Assembly: GCA_963663475.2 (NCBI GenBank)
Contig: CAXXJV010000001.1
Location: 1,216,001 to 1,280,000 of the forward strand
Direction of reading: 5' to 3'
DNA: 64,000 nucleotides
DNA from: Candidatus Cloacimonadales bacterium
GTDB lineage: Bacteria; Cloacimonadota; Cloacimonadia; Cloacimonadales; JAFGVF01
Shown: piece by piece, positions 9,703 through 20,017 of the stretch
Numbering within the stretch: the stretch's first letter is position 1
How the letters are laid out: every line of letters begins with the position of its first letter
The notes under the pieces: model-generated
What the model saw: only the letters and a program-made list of their open reading frames with translations
What the model was told of the DNA's origin: nothing
Database searches by the model: none
Position numbers and translations under genes: made by a program

Positions 9703-10845
9703 ATGAAAAAATATAAAATACTAGTTTCTGTTTTAGCCTATGATAATGGTAAATCAGGTATTGCAGATTATATAAATAATGTAGTTAAGTATCTTTCAGT
9801 AAACCATAGTTTAGACCTATTAATATATGAGAAAGATTCCTATATTTTTCCTCATAAAAACGATAATATCAACTATCTAATAGTATCTGATAAGTTTTCT
9901 AAACCTGCTATTAGTATGGCATATCATCTCTTTGTCTTACCCTTTAATTTACCTCTAGATGATTATGATTTTGTCTTTTTACCTGCAGGTAATCGTCGCT
10001 TGTTCTCTTATTACTCAAAGAAGACAATTGTAACTTTCCATGATTTATCTCAATTTCATATTGAGAATAAGTATGATTCATTGAGGATGCATTATATTAA
10101 GAAAGTAATTCCTTTTTTCTTGAAGAAGGCCCAGATTGTCATGGCAATAAGTGAAAGTACTAAGCAAGACTTAGTCAAGTTTTACGACATGAATCCAGCT
10201 GATATTGAAGTAAATTATAATGGTTATGATCCGAGTAAATTAGAAGTTGCTTTAACTGAAGAACAACTTGTGAATAAGTTTAATATTGTAGATGACTATA
10301 TCCTCTATATTTCCCGCATAGAACATCCAGGGAAGAATCATCTTAACCTAATCAAAGCTTATGAAATGCTACCAGATAAGTTAAAGAAAGCTTACCAATT
10401 AGTTTTTGCTGGAAGTGAATGGAATGGGGCAGAGGAAGTTATTAATTATGTTAATAAATCTGCTGATAAAGATAGAATTCTCTTTTTGGGTTTTGTGCAA
10501 GACCAAGATTTAGGAGCTCTTTATAAGTTTGCTGATCTTTATGCCTTCCCATCTTTCTATGAGGGTTTTGGTATTCCTCTATTGGAGGCAATGTATAGTG
10601 AGACTCCAGTGGTCTGTTCCAATGTTTCTTCACTACCCGAGGTAGGAGGTGATGCTGTAGTAACTTTTAATCCAGCATCTCCCGAAAATATCGCTAGTGT
10701 GCTTAAATATGTTATCGAAAATCCTCAGATACAAGATAAGATGGTCAAGGCTGGAAGAGAACAAGTTAAAAAATTTAGCTGGACTAAGCACTGTGATAAA
10801 ATTATCTCATTAATAGAAAAACAGAATAAAGACGCTTGCAACTAA
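9703..10845 (+). CDS. GT4 family glycosyltransferase
   Basis: TFHDL, ISRIE..KN, FPSFYEGFGIPLLEAM, SSLPEV. Confidence 0.92.
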   Translation: MKKYKILVSVLAYDNGKSGIADYINNVVKYLSVNHSLDLLIYEKDSYIFPHKNDNINYLIVSDKFSKPAISMAYHLFVLPFNLPLDDYDFVFLPAGNRRLFSYYSKKTIVTFHDLSQFHIENKYDSLRMHYIKKVIPFFLKKAQIVMAISESTKQDLVKFYDMNPADIEVNYNGYDPSKLEVALTEEQLVNKFNIVDDYILYISRIEHPGKNHLNLIKAYEMLPDKLKKAYQLVFAGSEWNGAEEVINYVNKSADKDRILFLGFVQDQDLGALYKFADLYAFPSFYEGFGIPLLEAMYSETPVVCSNVSSLPEVGGDAVVTFNPASPENIASVLKYVIENPQIQDKMVKAGREQVKKFSWTKHCDKIISLIEKQNKDACN

Positions 10846-10866
10846 GGATTTACTGTTACTACTAAC

Positions 10867-11349
10867 CTATAATTTATTAAATTTATTAGCAAAATCTTTA
10901 ATCTTATCCTTATCTATATCTTTATAAGAGCATTTAACCTTTTTAACATATTTAAGAAGAAGTCTTACTAACCAAGAAAACTTTTTAAGTTTAATTTCAG
11001 ATCCAATTACAGAGATAGCACTTGCTTTAGTAAACATATCATTAGGAATAGTATCTTTTAACTGCTTTTCTAAGATATCCTTATTGGATTCTCCAGCCAT
11101 GATAAAGATGCCAAATCTTCTGTTTAAAATTTCTGGACGATGGAGGAAGATAAAATTTTTAATCTTCCTATCTATCTGACCAAAATATATGGAAGATCCA
11201 ATTAATATATTGTCATAGCAGGAAATATCTTCTACTTGCTCTTCGTGAGCATTAACAAGCCTTACAGAGCCAGTCAGCTCTTTACGAAGTAACTGGGCAA
11301 CCTCTTTTACACTTCCATTCTTTGTCGCGTATATAATGAGAGTATTCAT
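10867..11349 (-). CDS. Flavodoxin-like protein (HemG-type)
   Basis: IIYATKNGSVKEVA phosphate loop; YDNILIGSSIYFG. Confidence 0.8.
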   Translation of the reverse strand: MNTLIIYATKNGSVKEVAQLLRKELTGSVRLVNAHEEQVEDISCYDNILIGSSIYFGQIDRKIKNFIFLHRPEILNRRFGIFIMAGESNKDILEKQLKDTIPNDMFTKASAISVIGSEIKLKKFSWLVRLLLKYVKKVKCSYKDIDKDKIKDFANKFNKL

Positions 11350-11933
11350 TTTTCATCTCCTCTGTTAACTACTTGTTCAAATAAAATCTTTAATTCTTCT
11401 TTTTCAAGAACTTTTTTAGCTGAATCCAAAAATTCATCCATCTTATCATAGCCATGACCCTTATATATTGCAGCTTGAAGTCCCATTTCAAATTTATCAA
11501 TTTGCTTCAAAAACTTAGCTTCAGGACTTTTAGCTTCTTCAAACTCTTTCCATAAATCGATAAATTCTTCTTTTCCAGGATAGGATGCAAAGACCTTTTC
11601 AATACTCTTCTCTTCTAAATCGTACTTTTCTGCTAAGGAAATCCCATCAACTGGAGTAATATCGCCAGCATAAATTTCACCAATTTCGTGGACAAGAGCC
11701 ATTTTGAGAAGTTTCTCCATATTCACTTTTAACCCTAAATGTTTTGCTAAGAGCCAGGCAGTCATTGCCGTACCAAAAGTATGGTCTGCTACTGATTCTC
11801 CATGGGCTTGAGGAACATCTCTTTTCAGCCAGCCTTGACGGAAAAGATTTTTGAGTTTAAAGACTTGGTAGAGAAGCTCTAAATTATCATTATTAAAAAA
11901 ATCAGCTGTAATTTCATTATATTTTTTTTTCAT
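11346..11933 (-). CDS. HD-domain 5'-deoxynucleotidase-like protein (YfbR/HDDC2 family)
   Basis: LK.L.RQGW, ESVADH, ALVHEIGE..AGDITP, LW.EFE..SPEA.F.K..DK.E. Confidence 0.88.
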   Translation of the reverse strand: MKKKYNEITADFFNNDNLELLYQVFKLKNLFRQGWLKRDVPQAHGESVADHTFGTAMTAWLLAKHLGLKVNMEKLLKMALVHEIGEIYAGDITPVDGISLAEKYDLEEKSIEKVFASYPGKEEFIDLWKEFEEAKSPEAKFLKQIDKFEMGLQAAIYKGHGYDKMDEFLDSAKKVLEKEELKILFEQVVNRGDEK

Positions 11934-12081
11934 TAAAGTACCTCATTTATAAAGTAATTTCATAATAAATAGGATAAATTTTCTGTCAATAAAGAAGTCA
12001 AATCTTACTGGTTGGAATAATTTAATTGACACAAAAATATTGAATTATTTTTTGAGAAAAAAATATCTAATTGGAGGCTAA

Positions 12082-13212
12082 GTGAAATATCTTAACCAGA
12101 GAAAGATGGAAGGTATCTTATTCCTAGTGATCTTTTTAGGAATCTTTACCTTTTTAGGATCCAAAATGGGAGCTAATAATCTCCTTGGTTCCATCATGAA
12201 CACAGCCCATGATCTCTTATTAAACACTGTTTTTTATATCATGGCAATTACTGTTTTATCTTCAGCTTTAGGTCAGCTCATGATTGAGTTTGGGGTTGTG
12301 AGACTTCTGGAAGGTGTCTTAGCTCCTCTAATGCGTCCTATTTTTAACCTACCTGGAGTTGCTTCTTTAGGTGGCTTAATGACTTTTTTCTCAGATAACC
12401 CAGCCATTATTTCTTTAGCTAAGGATAAGAACTTTAATGCCTATTTTAAGAAGCATGAGCTCATATCTCTTACAAACTTTGGGACTTCTTTCGGAATGGG
12501 CTTGATAGTTATTAGTTTTATGATAGGTAAGGGCTTTGTAGCTGCAGCCTTCATTGGATTTATGGGAGCTATTATTGGCTCAATAATTTCTACAAGAATG
12601 ATGCAGGCAATGATAAAAAATGAATTCCATAATATTCCTAGGGAAGTTCCAGCAGATTTAGAAGAGAATGTCTCATTTAAATCTAAGGGTAATTTTTCCA
12701 TGAGATTTTTAAATGCTACTCTTGATGGCGGTAAAGCTGGTGTAGAGCTAGGTTTAGCTGTTATTCCTGGTGTTTTAATTATTTCAACAGCAGTGATGAT
12801 TCTTACTTTATCTAGTAAAGATCCTTCAGGTATTTACACTGGTGCAGCTTATGAAGGTGTTCCTGTTATTCCTTATTTAGCTAATAAGGTTGGTTGGTTC
12901 TTCCAATTCTTATTTGGATTTGAACAAGCTGAAGCTATTGCCTTTCCTATTACTGCTTTAGGTTCAGTTGGTGGAGCTCTTTCTTTAGTACCAAAATTCA
13001 TTGAAACAGGTATTGCTAAAGGCAATGAAATTGCTGTCTTTACTGCTATGGGTATGTGCTGGTCTGGTTATTTGAGTACTCATACTGCTATGCTTGATAC
13101 TTTAGGCTATCGTCGCTTAACTACTAAAGCTCTCCTTTCTCACACTATTGGAGGACTTCTAGCTGGGGTAGTAGCCCACTATGGTTATCTACTTTTACAA
13201 TATTTTGGCTAA
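12082..13212 (+). CDS. Polytopic membrane protein (CD0519/CD1768-like, gate-type transporter)
   Basis: Many hydrophobic segments; TAHDLLLNTVFYIM, FSDNPAI, LTNFGTSFGMG and MCWSGYLSTH motifs recalled for this family. Confidence 0.7.
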   Translation: MKYLNQRKMEGILFLVIFLGIFTFLGSKMGANNLLGSIMNTAHDLLLNTVFYIMAITVLSSALGQLMIEFGVVRLLEGVLAPLMRPIFNLPGVASLGGLMTFFSDNPAIISLAKDKNFNAYFKKHELISLTNFGTSFGMGLIVISFMIGKGFVAAAFIGFMGAIIGSIISTRMMQAMIKNEFHNIPREVPADLEENVSFKSKGNFSMRFLNATLDGGKAGVELGLAVIPGVLIISTAVMILTLSSKDPSGIYTGAAYEGVPVIPYLANKVGWFFQFLFGFEQAEAIAFPITALGSVGGALSLVPKFIETGIAKGNEIAVFTAMGMCWSGYLSTHTAMLDTLGYRRLTTKALLSHTIGGLLAGVVAHYGYLLLQYFG

Positions 13213-13824
13213 ATGAAAATAGATATTCAAGCTAATTTACCTATAAGAATTTCTGCAAGAGTTATTAATGACATTATTGTTAGTAATAACTCTTCTGCCT
13301 TTCAAGAGTTGATTAAAGTAGGACAGTCTTATAGAAACAATTTTGCTAATCTAGCTATCAGTCAAATAGATGGAATTCAAGAAGCTAGAACTTTTTTCCG
13401 AGCAATAGGAATTGATCCTACAAAAAGAAGGCCATCTTCTGAGGCCTTGTTGAGAAGGGCTTTAAATAATAAGGATTTCTATCAAATTAATAATGTGGTT
13501 GATGTGGCTAACCTAGTTTCGCTAAGATCTCTACTACCTGTGTGTGTATATGATTATGATGCAATTCAGGGACAGATTTTTGTAAAGCTGGGTAGTCATG
13601 CAGATGAATACCTGGCCCATAATCATAGAATAATGAATTTTCAAGATAAATTTGTTATTTGTGATGAACTTGGACCATTTGGCTCTCCTCTCACAGATTC
13701 TCTAAGAACTGCTGTAACAAAGAAAACTTCAAATGTTTTGGCTTTAATTTTCGCACCTAAAGACTATAACTATCAAAAACTTGAGGATTATCTAGATCAA
13801 ATAATGCTAGGCATGAAAAACTAG
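13213..13824 (+). CDS. Stand-alone B3/4 (PheRS beta editing-like) domain protein
   Basis: GIDPTKRRPSSEALLRR, INNVVDVANLVS, P..VYD.D.I.G, GPFGSP..DS.RT. Confidence 0.85.
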   Translation: MKIDIQANLPIRISARVINDIIVSNNSSAFQELIKVGQSYRNNFANLAISQIDGIQEARTFFRAIGIDPTKRRPSSEALLRRALNNKDFYQINNVVDVANLVSLRSLLPVCVYDYDAIQGQIFVKLGSHADEYLAHNHRIMNFQDKFVICDELGPFGSPLTDSLRTAVTKKTSNVLALIFAPKDYNYQKLEDYLDQIMLGMKN

Positions 13825-14199
13825 TAATCATTTTTTTTAAGACTTCCTCATCAATCCTAAAATCCTACTGTAACTCTTGGGTTAAATCTACTGAATACCT
13901 GAGAAGTCTCTATTTTCACAGAATGTTGACAGAGTCAATTTCTCTGAGTTTTTGTTCTCTTTTATAAAAAGAAAGTGCTAATAGATTTCTTTAACCCAGA
14001 TACTTAAAAAATTTCCTGTAATCTCCTAGACCAAGTTTTATTTTTGGCTCAAGTTCAACTTGAACCTTATTTGTACACAGTCTGTGCTTGATAATTGAAC
14101 AGCATCGCTTGCTATAATCATAATTTAAAAAATATGATTGACTTATATAAGGCCTTTAGAAATTATAGTAAATTAGAAAAAATTTAATGAGAGGATGAT

Positions 14200-16683
14200 A
14201 TGGAATATCCATTTGAAGTATTTGAGAAGAAATGGCAAGATGTCTGGAAAGAAAGAAGAGTTTTTAACGCTGACAATGAAGTTGAAGGCAAGGAAAATTA
14301 CTTTGTCTTATCAATGTTTCCTTATCCCTCTGGCGTTTTACACATGGGACATGTGTCTAACTATTCAATAGGTGATGCTATATCACGTTATAAAATGATG
14401 CAAGGGTACAATGTCTTGCAACCTATGGGGTATGACTCATTTGGAATGCCAGCAGAGAACTTTGCTATCCAGCATAACACTCATCCCCGTTTAGCTACTG
14501 AAAGTAATATGGCTATTATGCAGGGACAGTTGACAGCAATGGGTTTTGGCTTCGATTGGGAAAGGACTCTAGCTACTTCAACACCAGAGTATTATCGTTG
14601 GGGCCAGTGGTTATTTAAAAGATTATATGAAAAAGGCTTAGTATATAAAAAGAAATCATTTGTTAATTGGTGTGATCAATGTCAGACTGTTCTTGCTAAT
14701 GAGCAGGTTGAGGATGGTAAGTGCTGGCGTGATGGTTCTACTGTTAGACAGAAGGAAATGGAGCAATGGTATTTTAAAATTACTGATTATGCTGAAGAAT
14801 TATTAGATTTCTCAAAGATGGTAGATTGGCCAGAAAGGGTTATAACTATGCAGAAGAATTGGATTGGTAGATCTACTGGGACTGAAATTGATTTCATTGA
14901 TGAAGAAAGTCAGGAAAAAATCAAAGTCTTTACTACTCGTCCAGACACTATTTTCGGTGTTACTTTTATGGCTCTTCCACCAGAACATGAATATATTAGA
15001 AATTTACTTGCTAATGAAACTCAAGATAGTGAGTTAGCTCAATTCTGTGATAAAGTTATCAATGAAGATAAGAAGGAAAGAGGATCTGCTGATCAAGCTA
15101 AAGAAGGTTTCTTTACTGGCAAATATTGCCTAAATCCAGTTAATGGTGATAGGGTGCAAATCTGGGTAACTAACTATGTTCTTATGGATTATGGTACAGG
15201 AGCTGTAATGGCAGTACCTGCTCATGATCAAAGAGATTTTGATTTTGCTAAGAAGTATGATATTCCTATGAAACTTGTTATCCAAAATGAAGATAAATCA
15301 TTAGTCTTAGCAGAAATGACTGAAGCTTATGTTGAAGCTGGTATTTTAGTTAACTCTGGAAAATTCGATAATAAGAAGAGCCTAGAAGCAAAAGAAGAAA
15401 TTTCTGCTTGGATAGATGAAAATAAAATGGGAGCAATGACCACAACTTACCGTCTAAGAGACTGGGGTGTATCTCGTCAAAGATATTGGGGAAATCCAAT
15501 ACCAGTAATTCATTGTGAAAAATGTGGTTCTGTTTTAGTTGCAGATGAAGATCTTCCAGTTCTTTTGCCTGAAAATGTTCAGGTTGGAAGAACTACACAA
15601 AATCCTTTGTTATCGGTAGAAGAATGGGTTAATACTACTTGTCCAACTTGTGGTGGACCTGCTAGACGTGAGACAGATACCATGGATACTTTTGTAGATT
15701 CTTCTTGGTATTATGCCCGTTATACTGACCCAAAGAATACTGAGATGCCTTTCACTCCAGAAATAGCTGAAAAATGGTTACCAGTTGACCAGTATATTGG
15801 TGGGATTGAACATGCTTGTATGCACTTGATATATGCTAGATTTTTCCATAAATTTATGAGAGATATAGGCCTTGTTAAAGGTGATGAACCATTTGCTAGA
15901 CTTCTTACTCAAGGAATGGTATGTAACATGGGTAGTAAGATGTCTAAATCAAAAGGTAATGGAGTTGATCCTCAACCCTATATAGACAGATATGGTTCAG
16001 ATGCTATACGTGTCTTTATGCTTTTTGCTTCTCCACCAGAAAAAGATGTTGATTGGAGCGATGATGGAGTTGTTGGAGCCTTTAGGTTCTTGAATAGAGT
16101 CTATCGTCAGGCTGAAAACTATTCAGACTTAATAAAGGATAATTATAAAGAGTATTCTCCTGAAATGGAAATATCAAAAGAGATGAAAGAAGTAAGATTC
16201 TCTACACATTCTATGATTAAAAAATGGTATGAAGATATAGAAGAGAGATTGCAGTTTAATACAGCAATAGCTTCAATAATGGAGCACTTAAATAAGGTTG
16301 CTTCCATAAAGAATCCACAAGATTTAAGTGATAATGATAAGGTAATCTTTGCAGAAGCAAATGCAGTAATGTTTAGACTTATCTATCCATTTGCACCTCA
16401 TGTGAGCGAAGAAGTTTGGAGTATGATTGGTCAAGCTGGTCTAGTCCATGAAAGTGGATTGCCTAACTTTAATCCAGCATATTTAGTAAAGGATCAAGTC
16501 ACCTATGTGGTACAAGTTAATGGTAAGCTTAGAGGTAAGATAGAGGTATCTACAGAGACAAGTGAAGCTGAAATAAAAGACCTTGCTTTAAATTTAGAAA
16601 ATGTTGTTAAATTCCTCGAGGGAAAAGAGATTAAGAAAATTATTGTAGTTAAGAAGAAATTAGTTAGTATTGTAGTAAAATAG
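14200..16683 (+). CDS. leuS: Leucine--tRNA ligase
   Basis: MFPYPSG.LHMGH, FTTRPDT, GTGAVM.VPAHDQRD editing motifs, KMSKS, VVQVNGKLR. Confidence 0.98.
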   Translation: MEYPFEVFEKKWQDVWKERRVFNADNEVEGKENYFVLSMFPYPSGVLHMGHVSNYSIGDAISRYKMMQGYNVLQPMGYDSFGMPAENFAIQHNTHPRLATESNMAIMQGQLTAMGFGFDWERTLATSTPEYYRWGQWLFKRLYEKGLVYKKKSFVNWCDQCQTVLANEQVEDGKCWRDGSTVRQKEMEQWYFKITDYAEELLDFSKMVDWPERVITMQKNWIGRSTGTEIDFIDEESQEKIKVFTTRPDTIFGVTFMALPPEHEYIRNLLANETQDSELAQFCDKVINEDKKERGSADQAKEGFFTGKYCLNPVNGDRVQIWVTNYVLMDYGTGAVMAVPAHDQRDFDFAKKYDIPMKLVIQNEDKSLVLAEMTEAYVEAGILVNSGKFDNKKSLEAKEEISAWIDENKMGAMTTTYRLRDWGVSRQRYWGNPIPVIHCEKCGSVLVADEDLPVLLPENVQVGRTTQNPLLSVEEWVNTTCPTCGGPARRETDTMDTFVDSSWYYARYTDPKNTEMPFTPEIAEKWLPVDQYIGGIEHACMHLIYARFFHKFMRDIGLVKGDEPFARLLTQGMVCNMGSKMSKSKGNGVDPQPYIDRYGSDAIRVFMLFASPPEKDVDWSDDGVVGAFRFLNRVYRQAENYSDLIKDNYKEYSPEMEISKEMKEVRFSTHSMIKKWYEDIEERLQFNTAIASIMEHLNKVASIKNPQDLSDNDKVIFAEANAVMFRLIYPFAPHVSEEVWSMIGQAGLVHESGLPNFNPAYLVKDQVTYVVQVNGKLRGKIEVSTETSEAEIKDLALNLENVVKFLEGKEIKKIIVVKKKLVSIVVK

Positions 16684-16811
16684 ATTCGGCAATCCCCCTC
16701 CTAGAGGGGGAGGCAGGATACTAATATATTCGAGGGGATCTAAAGCTGTTAGATTGGCCTTGAGAAGTAAATTTCTTATGAGGGTGTAGGAAATTAATAA
16801 GGGAGATACTG

Positions 16812-17372
16812 ATGAATGTTATTCATAGTAAGACTGGTTGGATTGAAGTCATAACTGGTTCAATGTTTAGCGGAAAAACAGAAGAGTTGATTCGCAGAAT
16901 CAGGAGAGCAGAGTATGCTAAGCAAAAAGTTCAGATTTTTAAACCAAAGATAGATAATAGATATGAGGATGATTATATAGTTTCTCATTCCATGATGAAA
17001 GCTCCTTCAACTAAGATAGAAGATATTAATGAAGTCTTAGACTTGATAGAAGAAGATACACAAGTTGTGGCAATAGATGAAGTACAGTTTTTTTCAGAAG
17101 ATGTCATAGATATTTGTAATAAATTAGCTGATCAAGGCAAGCGAGTAATTGTTGCTGGTTTAGACCAAGATTATAAGGCTAAGCCTTTTGGCCCAATGCC
17201 TAAGCTGCTAGCAGTAGCAGAATATATAACAAAGAACTCAGCTATTTGTGTTAAATGTGGTAATCCTGCTACAAGAACTCAACGATTAGTTAGAGATACA
17301 GATACTATTCTAGTTGGTTCTAAAGAAATCTATGAAGCTAGATGCCGAAATTGTCATGAGGTATTAGATTGA
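16812..17372 (+). CDS. tdk: Thymidine kinase
   Basis: [23 protein letters not shown], Zn ligands CVKC and CRNC. Confidence 0.96.
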   Translation: MNVIHSKTGWIEVITGSMFSGKTEELIRRIRRAEYAKQKVQIFKPKIDNRYEDDYIVSHSMMKAPSTKIEDINEVLDLIEEDTQVVAIDEVQFFSEDVIDICNKLADQGKRVIVAGLDQDYKAKPFGPMPKLLAVAEYITKNSAICVKCGNPATRTQRLVRDTDTILVGSKEIYEARCRNCHEVLD

Positions 17373-17644
17373 TGGGTAAAATCATTTATTGGGCTCTTGT
17401 TATCTATGAATTTATGATAATCTTAGCTGTTTTTAAGAGTTTTATTATCTATTTTTCCAGAAACAATAGGTTTTCTTATTTCCTGAGCAGACTAAGTTTT
17501 GTTGATTCTTTAACTGACCCTTATTTAAATATTTTTCGCAAACTTCTTCCACCCATTAATGGTTTAGATTTTTCCCCAATGATAGGACTAGTAATACTGC
17601 AAATAATCGAAAAATTAGTCTATACCAAATTAATTATTAACTGA
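17369..17644 (+). CDS. yggT: YggT family membrane protein
   Basis: LTDPYL..FR..LPP..GLDFSP motif. Confidence 0.85.
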   Translation: MMGKIIYWALVIYEFMIILAVFKSFIIYFSRNNRFSYFLSRLSFVDSLTDPYLNIFRKLLPPINGLDFSPMIGLVILQIIEKLVYTKLIIN

Positions 17645-17656
17645 TAAGGATTTAAC

Positions 17657-18241
17657 ATGTCTATATCTATTCCCCAAATAAGAGACAAAGAGTTTTCGAC
17701 CAAAACTTTTGGCTACAGTAAACGCGAAGTAAGAGAATTTCTAGAATTTATAGCTAATGAAATATACCAGGAAAGAAATCAACAATTTCAATCTAAAGAG
17801 AAGGAAACTAAGGAAAAAGAGTTCATTTCTCATAAAGCTACCGAAGCAGTAAAAGGAGTAGAAGAACTAAAGAGGCGAGAAGAACTGATCCAAAAAACTT
17901 TACTGTTTGCTGAAAATGCTAAAGCAGAAATGATTAGTAATGCTAGAAAAGAAGCTGAAAATATAATTAGAGAAGCTGAAATTAAGGCAAAAAGGACAAT
18001 TAACGAAGCTCGTCACTACTTAAATCAACTAGATTTTCAGTATCTCAAACTTAAAGAAGAAAAGAGAATGTTCTTAATACAGACTGCTTCCCAGTTCAAG
18101 GCTTATTTGGAAAGACTAGAAAAAGACCCAGCTATTGCAAGGTTAAATGAGACAAGTGTCCAGAATGAAATGAAGAAAATTAAATCAGATAAAAAAATGC
18201 AAGAAGAGGAGAAAAATGAACAAGCAAATACAAATAGCTAA
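17657..18241 (+). CDS. divIVA: DivIVA domain protein
   Basis: I..KEF....FGY...EV.EFL N-terminus followed by coiled coil (AR.EAE.II.EA). Confidence 0.82.
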   Translation: MSISIPQIRDKEFSTKTFGYSKREVREFLEFIANEIYQERNQQFQSKEKETKEKEFISHKATEAVKGVEELKRREELIQKTLLFAENAKAEMISNARKEAENIIREAEIKAKRTINEARHYLNQLDFQYLKLKEEKRMFLIQTASQFKAYLERLEKDPAIARLNETSVQNEMKKIKSDKKMQEEEKNEQANTNS

Positions 18242-19028
18242 AGAATATATAGCAGAGAAAATTGGTATAGGTTATGAGATTGGAATAATTTTAGGAACAG
18301 GTTTAAGTAATTTTGCTGAATATGTTTCCGATAAGATAGTAATTCCCTATGATCAAATACCAGGATTTGTTAAATCTACTGCTCCAAGCCATAAAGGAAA
18401 CTTAATTGCAGGTAAACTTAAGGGTAAGAAAGTTCTTGTTTTACAGGGAAGATTTCATTTTTATGAAGGCTACTCTATGGAACAAGTTGTATTCCCTACC
18501 AGAGTGTTAAAATTACTTGGTATTCATACTTTAATAGTAACTAATGCTGCTGGATCTTTAAGAGAAGAATTCAAGCCTGGCTCAATTATTATGCTCAAAG
18601 ACCATATCAACTTTATGGGAACTAATCCTTTGATAGGACCTAATGATGAAGCCCTAGGAGAAAGATTTGTTTCTATGCATGATACCTATTGCGAGGAATA
18701 CAGAAATAAGATGAAACTTGTTTCTTTAGATAATAAAATTAAACTATCAGAAGGTGTCTATATCGCAGTAACTGGTCCGAGTTTTGAAACCAAAGCAGAA
18801 TGTCAATTCTTTGCTAACATAGGGGCAGATGTTGTTGGTATGTCCACTGTCCCTGAAGTAATTACAGCTATCCATTGTGGCTTGAAGGTTATGGCCTTCT
18901 CCATAGTTACTAACTATTCTAATCTTATTCAGAAGTCTAAGCATAGTCAAGAAGAGATAAGAGAGAATGCAGATATTGCTAAAGCAAATCTAGAAAAGCT
19001 AGTCTCAGAATTTGTTAAAGATATTTAA
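18216..19028 (+). CDS. punA: Purine nucleoside phosphorylase (PNP-I)
   Basis: IILGTGL, QGRFHFYEG, TNAAG, GPSFET.AE, DVVGMST.PE. Confidence 0.93.
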   Translation: MNKQIQIAKEYIAEKIGIGYEIGIILGTGLSNFAEYVSDKIVIPYDQIPGFVKSTAPSHKGNLIAGKLKGKKVLVLQGRFHFYEGYSMEQVVFPTRVLKLLGIHTLIVTNAAGSLREEFKPGSIIMLKDHINFMGTNPLIGPNDEALGERFVSMHDTYCEEYRNKMKLVSLDNKIKLSEGVYIAVTGPSFETKAECQFFANIGADVVGMSTVPEVITAIHCGLKVMAFSIVTNYSNLIQKSKHSQEEIRENADIAKANLEKLVSEFVKDI

Positions 19029-19091
19029 ATCATTGACAGATTTTTGAGATATTTATAAATATTATTTCTAAGAAAAATCGGAGAAATTCTT

Positions 19092-19502
19092 ATGTCAGAT
19101 AAAATGTTAACTAAAGAAGAATTAAAAGAGTGTGAAGCAAAATTGTTAAAAGAAAGACAGAAAAGTCTTGACTATATTAACAAACTCAATGAAAATCAAA
19201 AAGATAGTGTGAGAGAGAGTTCAGGTGATGCATCAGCTTATGCTATTCACCAAGCTGATCATGGTTCAGATACTTACTATAGAGAAAATCAAGTGCTCAT
19301 GATGGAGAAAGAACACCAACATTTAAAAAGCTTAAATGCTGCTCTTAAAAGAGTCTATGATGGAACTTATGGAATTTGTGAAATCTGTGGTAAGAGGATA
19401 CAGGAGAAACGCTTAGAATATGTACCTCATGCAACCCATTGTATAGAATGTCGGTCAGCAGATGACGAGAAAAAAAAGAAGAAGAATAGGAATAAAAAAT
19501 AA
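19092..19502 (+). CDS. TraR/DksA C4-type zinc finger protein
   Basis: HQADHGSD coiled-coil tip; GTYGICEICG..I...RL...P....CIEC. Confidence 0.9.
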   Translation: MSDKMLTKEELKECEAKLLKERQKSLDYINKLNENQKDSVRESSGDASAYAIHQADHGSDTYYRENQVLMMEKEHQHLKSLNAALKRVYDGTYGICEICGKRIQEKRLEYVPHATHCIECRSADDEKKKKKNRNKK

Positions 19503-20017
19503 TGAAAGAGACTTGGAAGTATTTCCTAATTTCTGTAATAATAATAATAATTGACCAAGTATCAAAATATTTGGTAAGGTTGAAAATGCCACTTTACCAT
19601 TCAATTGAGATTTTTGGTAATTATTTTAAGCTAACCCATGTTGAAAACCATGGAGCTGCTTTTTCATTATCACTAGGAGACCATTCTCGCTGGATATTCA
19701 TAGGCCTAACCTTGGTCTTGTCATCAGTCTTTGTCTTCATGATAATAAAACAATCAAAGTTTCAAAAACTTTACTTTAGCTTTATCTTAGGTGGAGCTAT
19801 TGGTAACCTGATTGATAGAATAGTCTTTGGTAAAGTAACAGACTTCTTGGATAGCCTTTACCCCAGAATTCCTTCAGATTGGAATTTCTTCTATTCTTTT
19901 GATAGATGGCCAACTTTTAATGTAGCTGATTCAATGATTGTTATTGGAATGATATTATTTGCTATCGATGCAATAATTCTTGATAATAAACGAAAAAAAT
20001 CCCTTGAGGAGGCATAA
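19502..20017 (+). CDS. lspA: Lipoprotein signal peptidase II
   Basis: DQVSK, N.GAAFS, GGAIGNLIDR, V.DF, FNVAD. Confidence 0.96.
   Translation: MKETWKYFLISVIIIIIDQVSKYLVRLKMPLYHSIEIFGNYFKLTHVENHGAAFSLSLGDHSRWIFIGLTLVLSSVFVFMIIKQSKFQKLYFSFILGGAIGNLIDRIVFGKVTDFLDSLYPRIPSDWNFFYSFDRWPTFNVADSMIVIGMILFAIDAIILDNKRKKSLEEA

Noticed and set aside
13825..14199. T-box leader upstream of leuS
   Set aside because: No GGTGGNACC T-box motif; the region only holds a GGCTCAAGTTCAA repeat module and a promoter-like TTGACT
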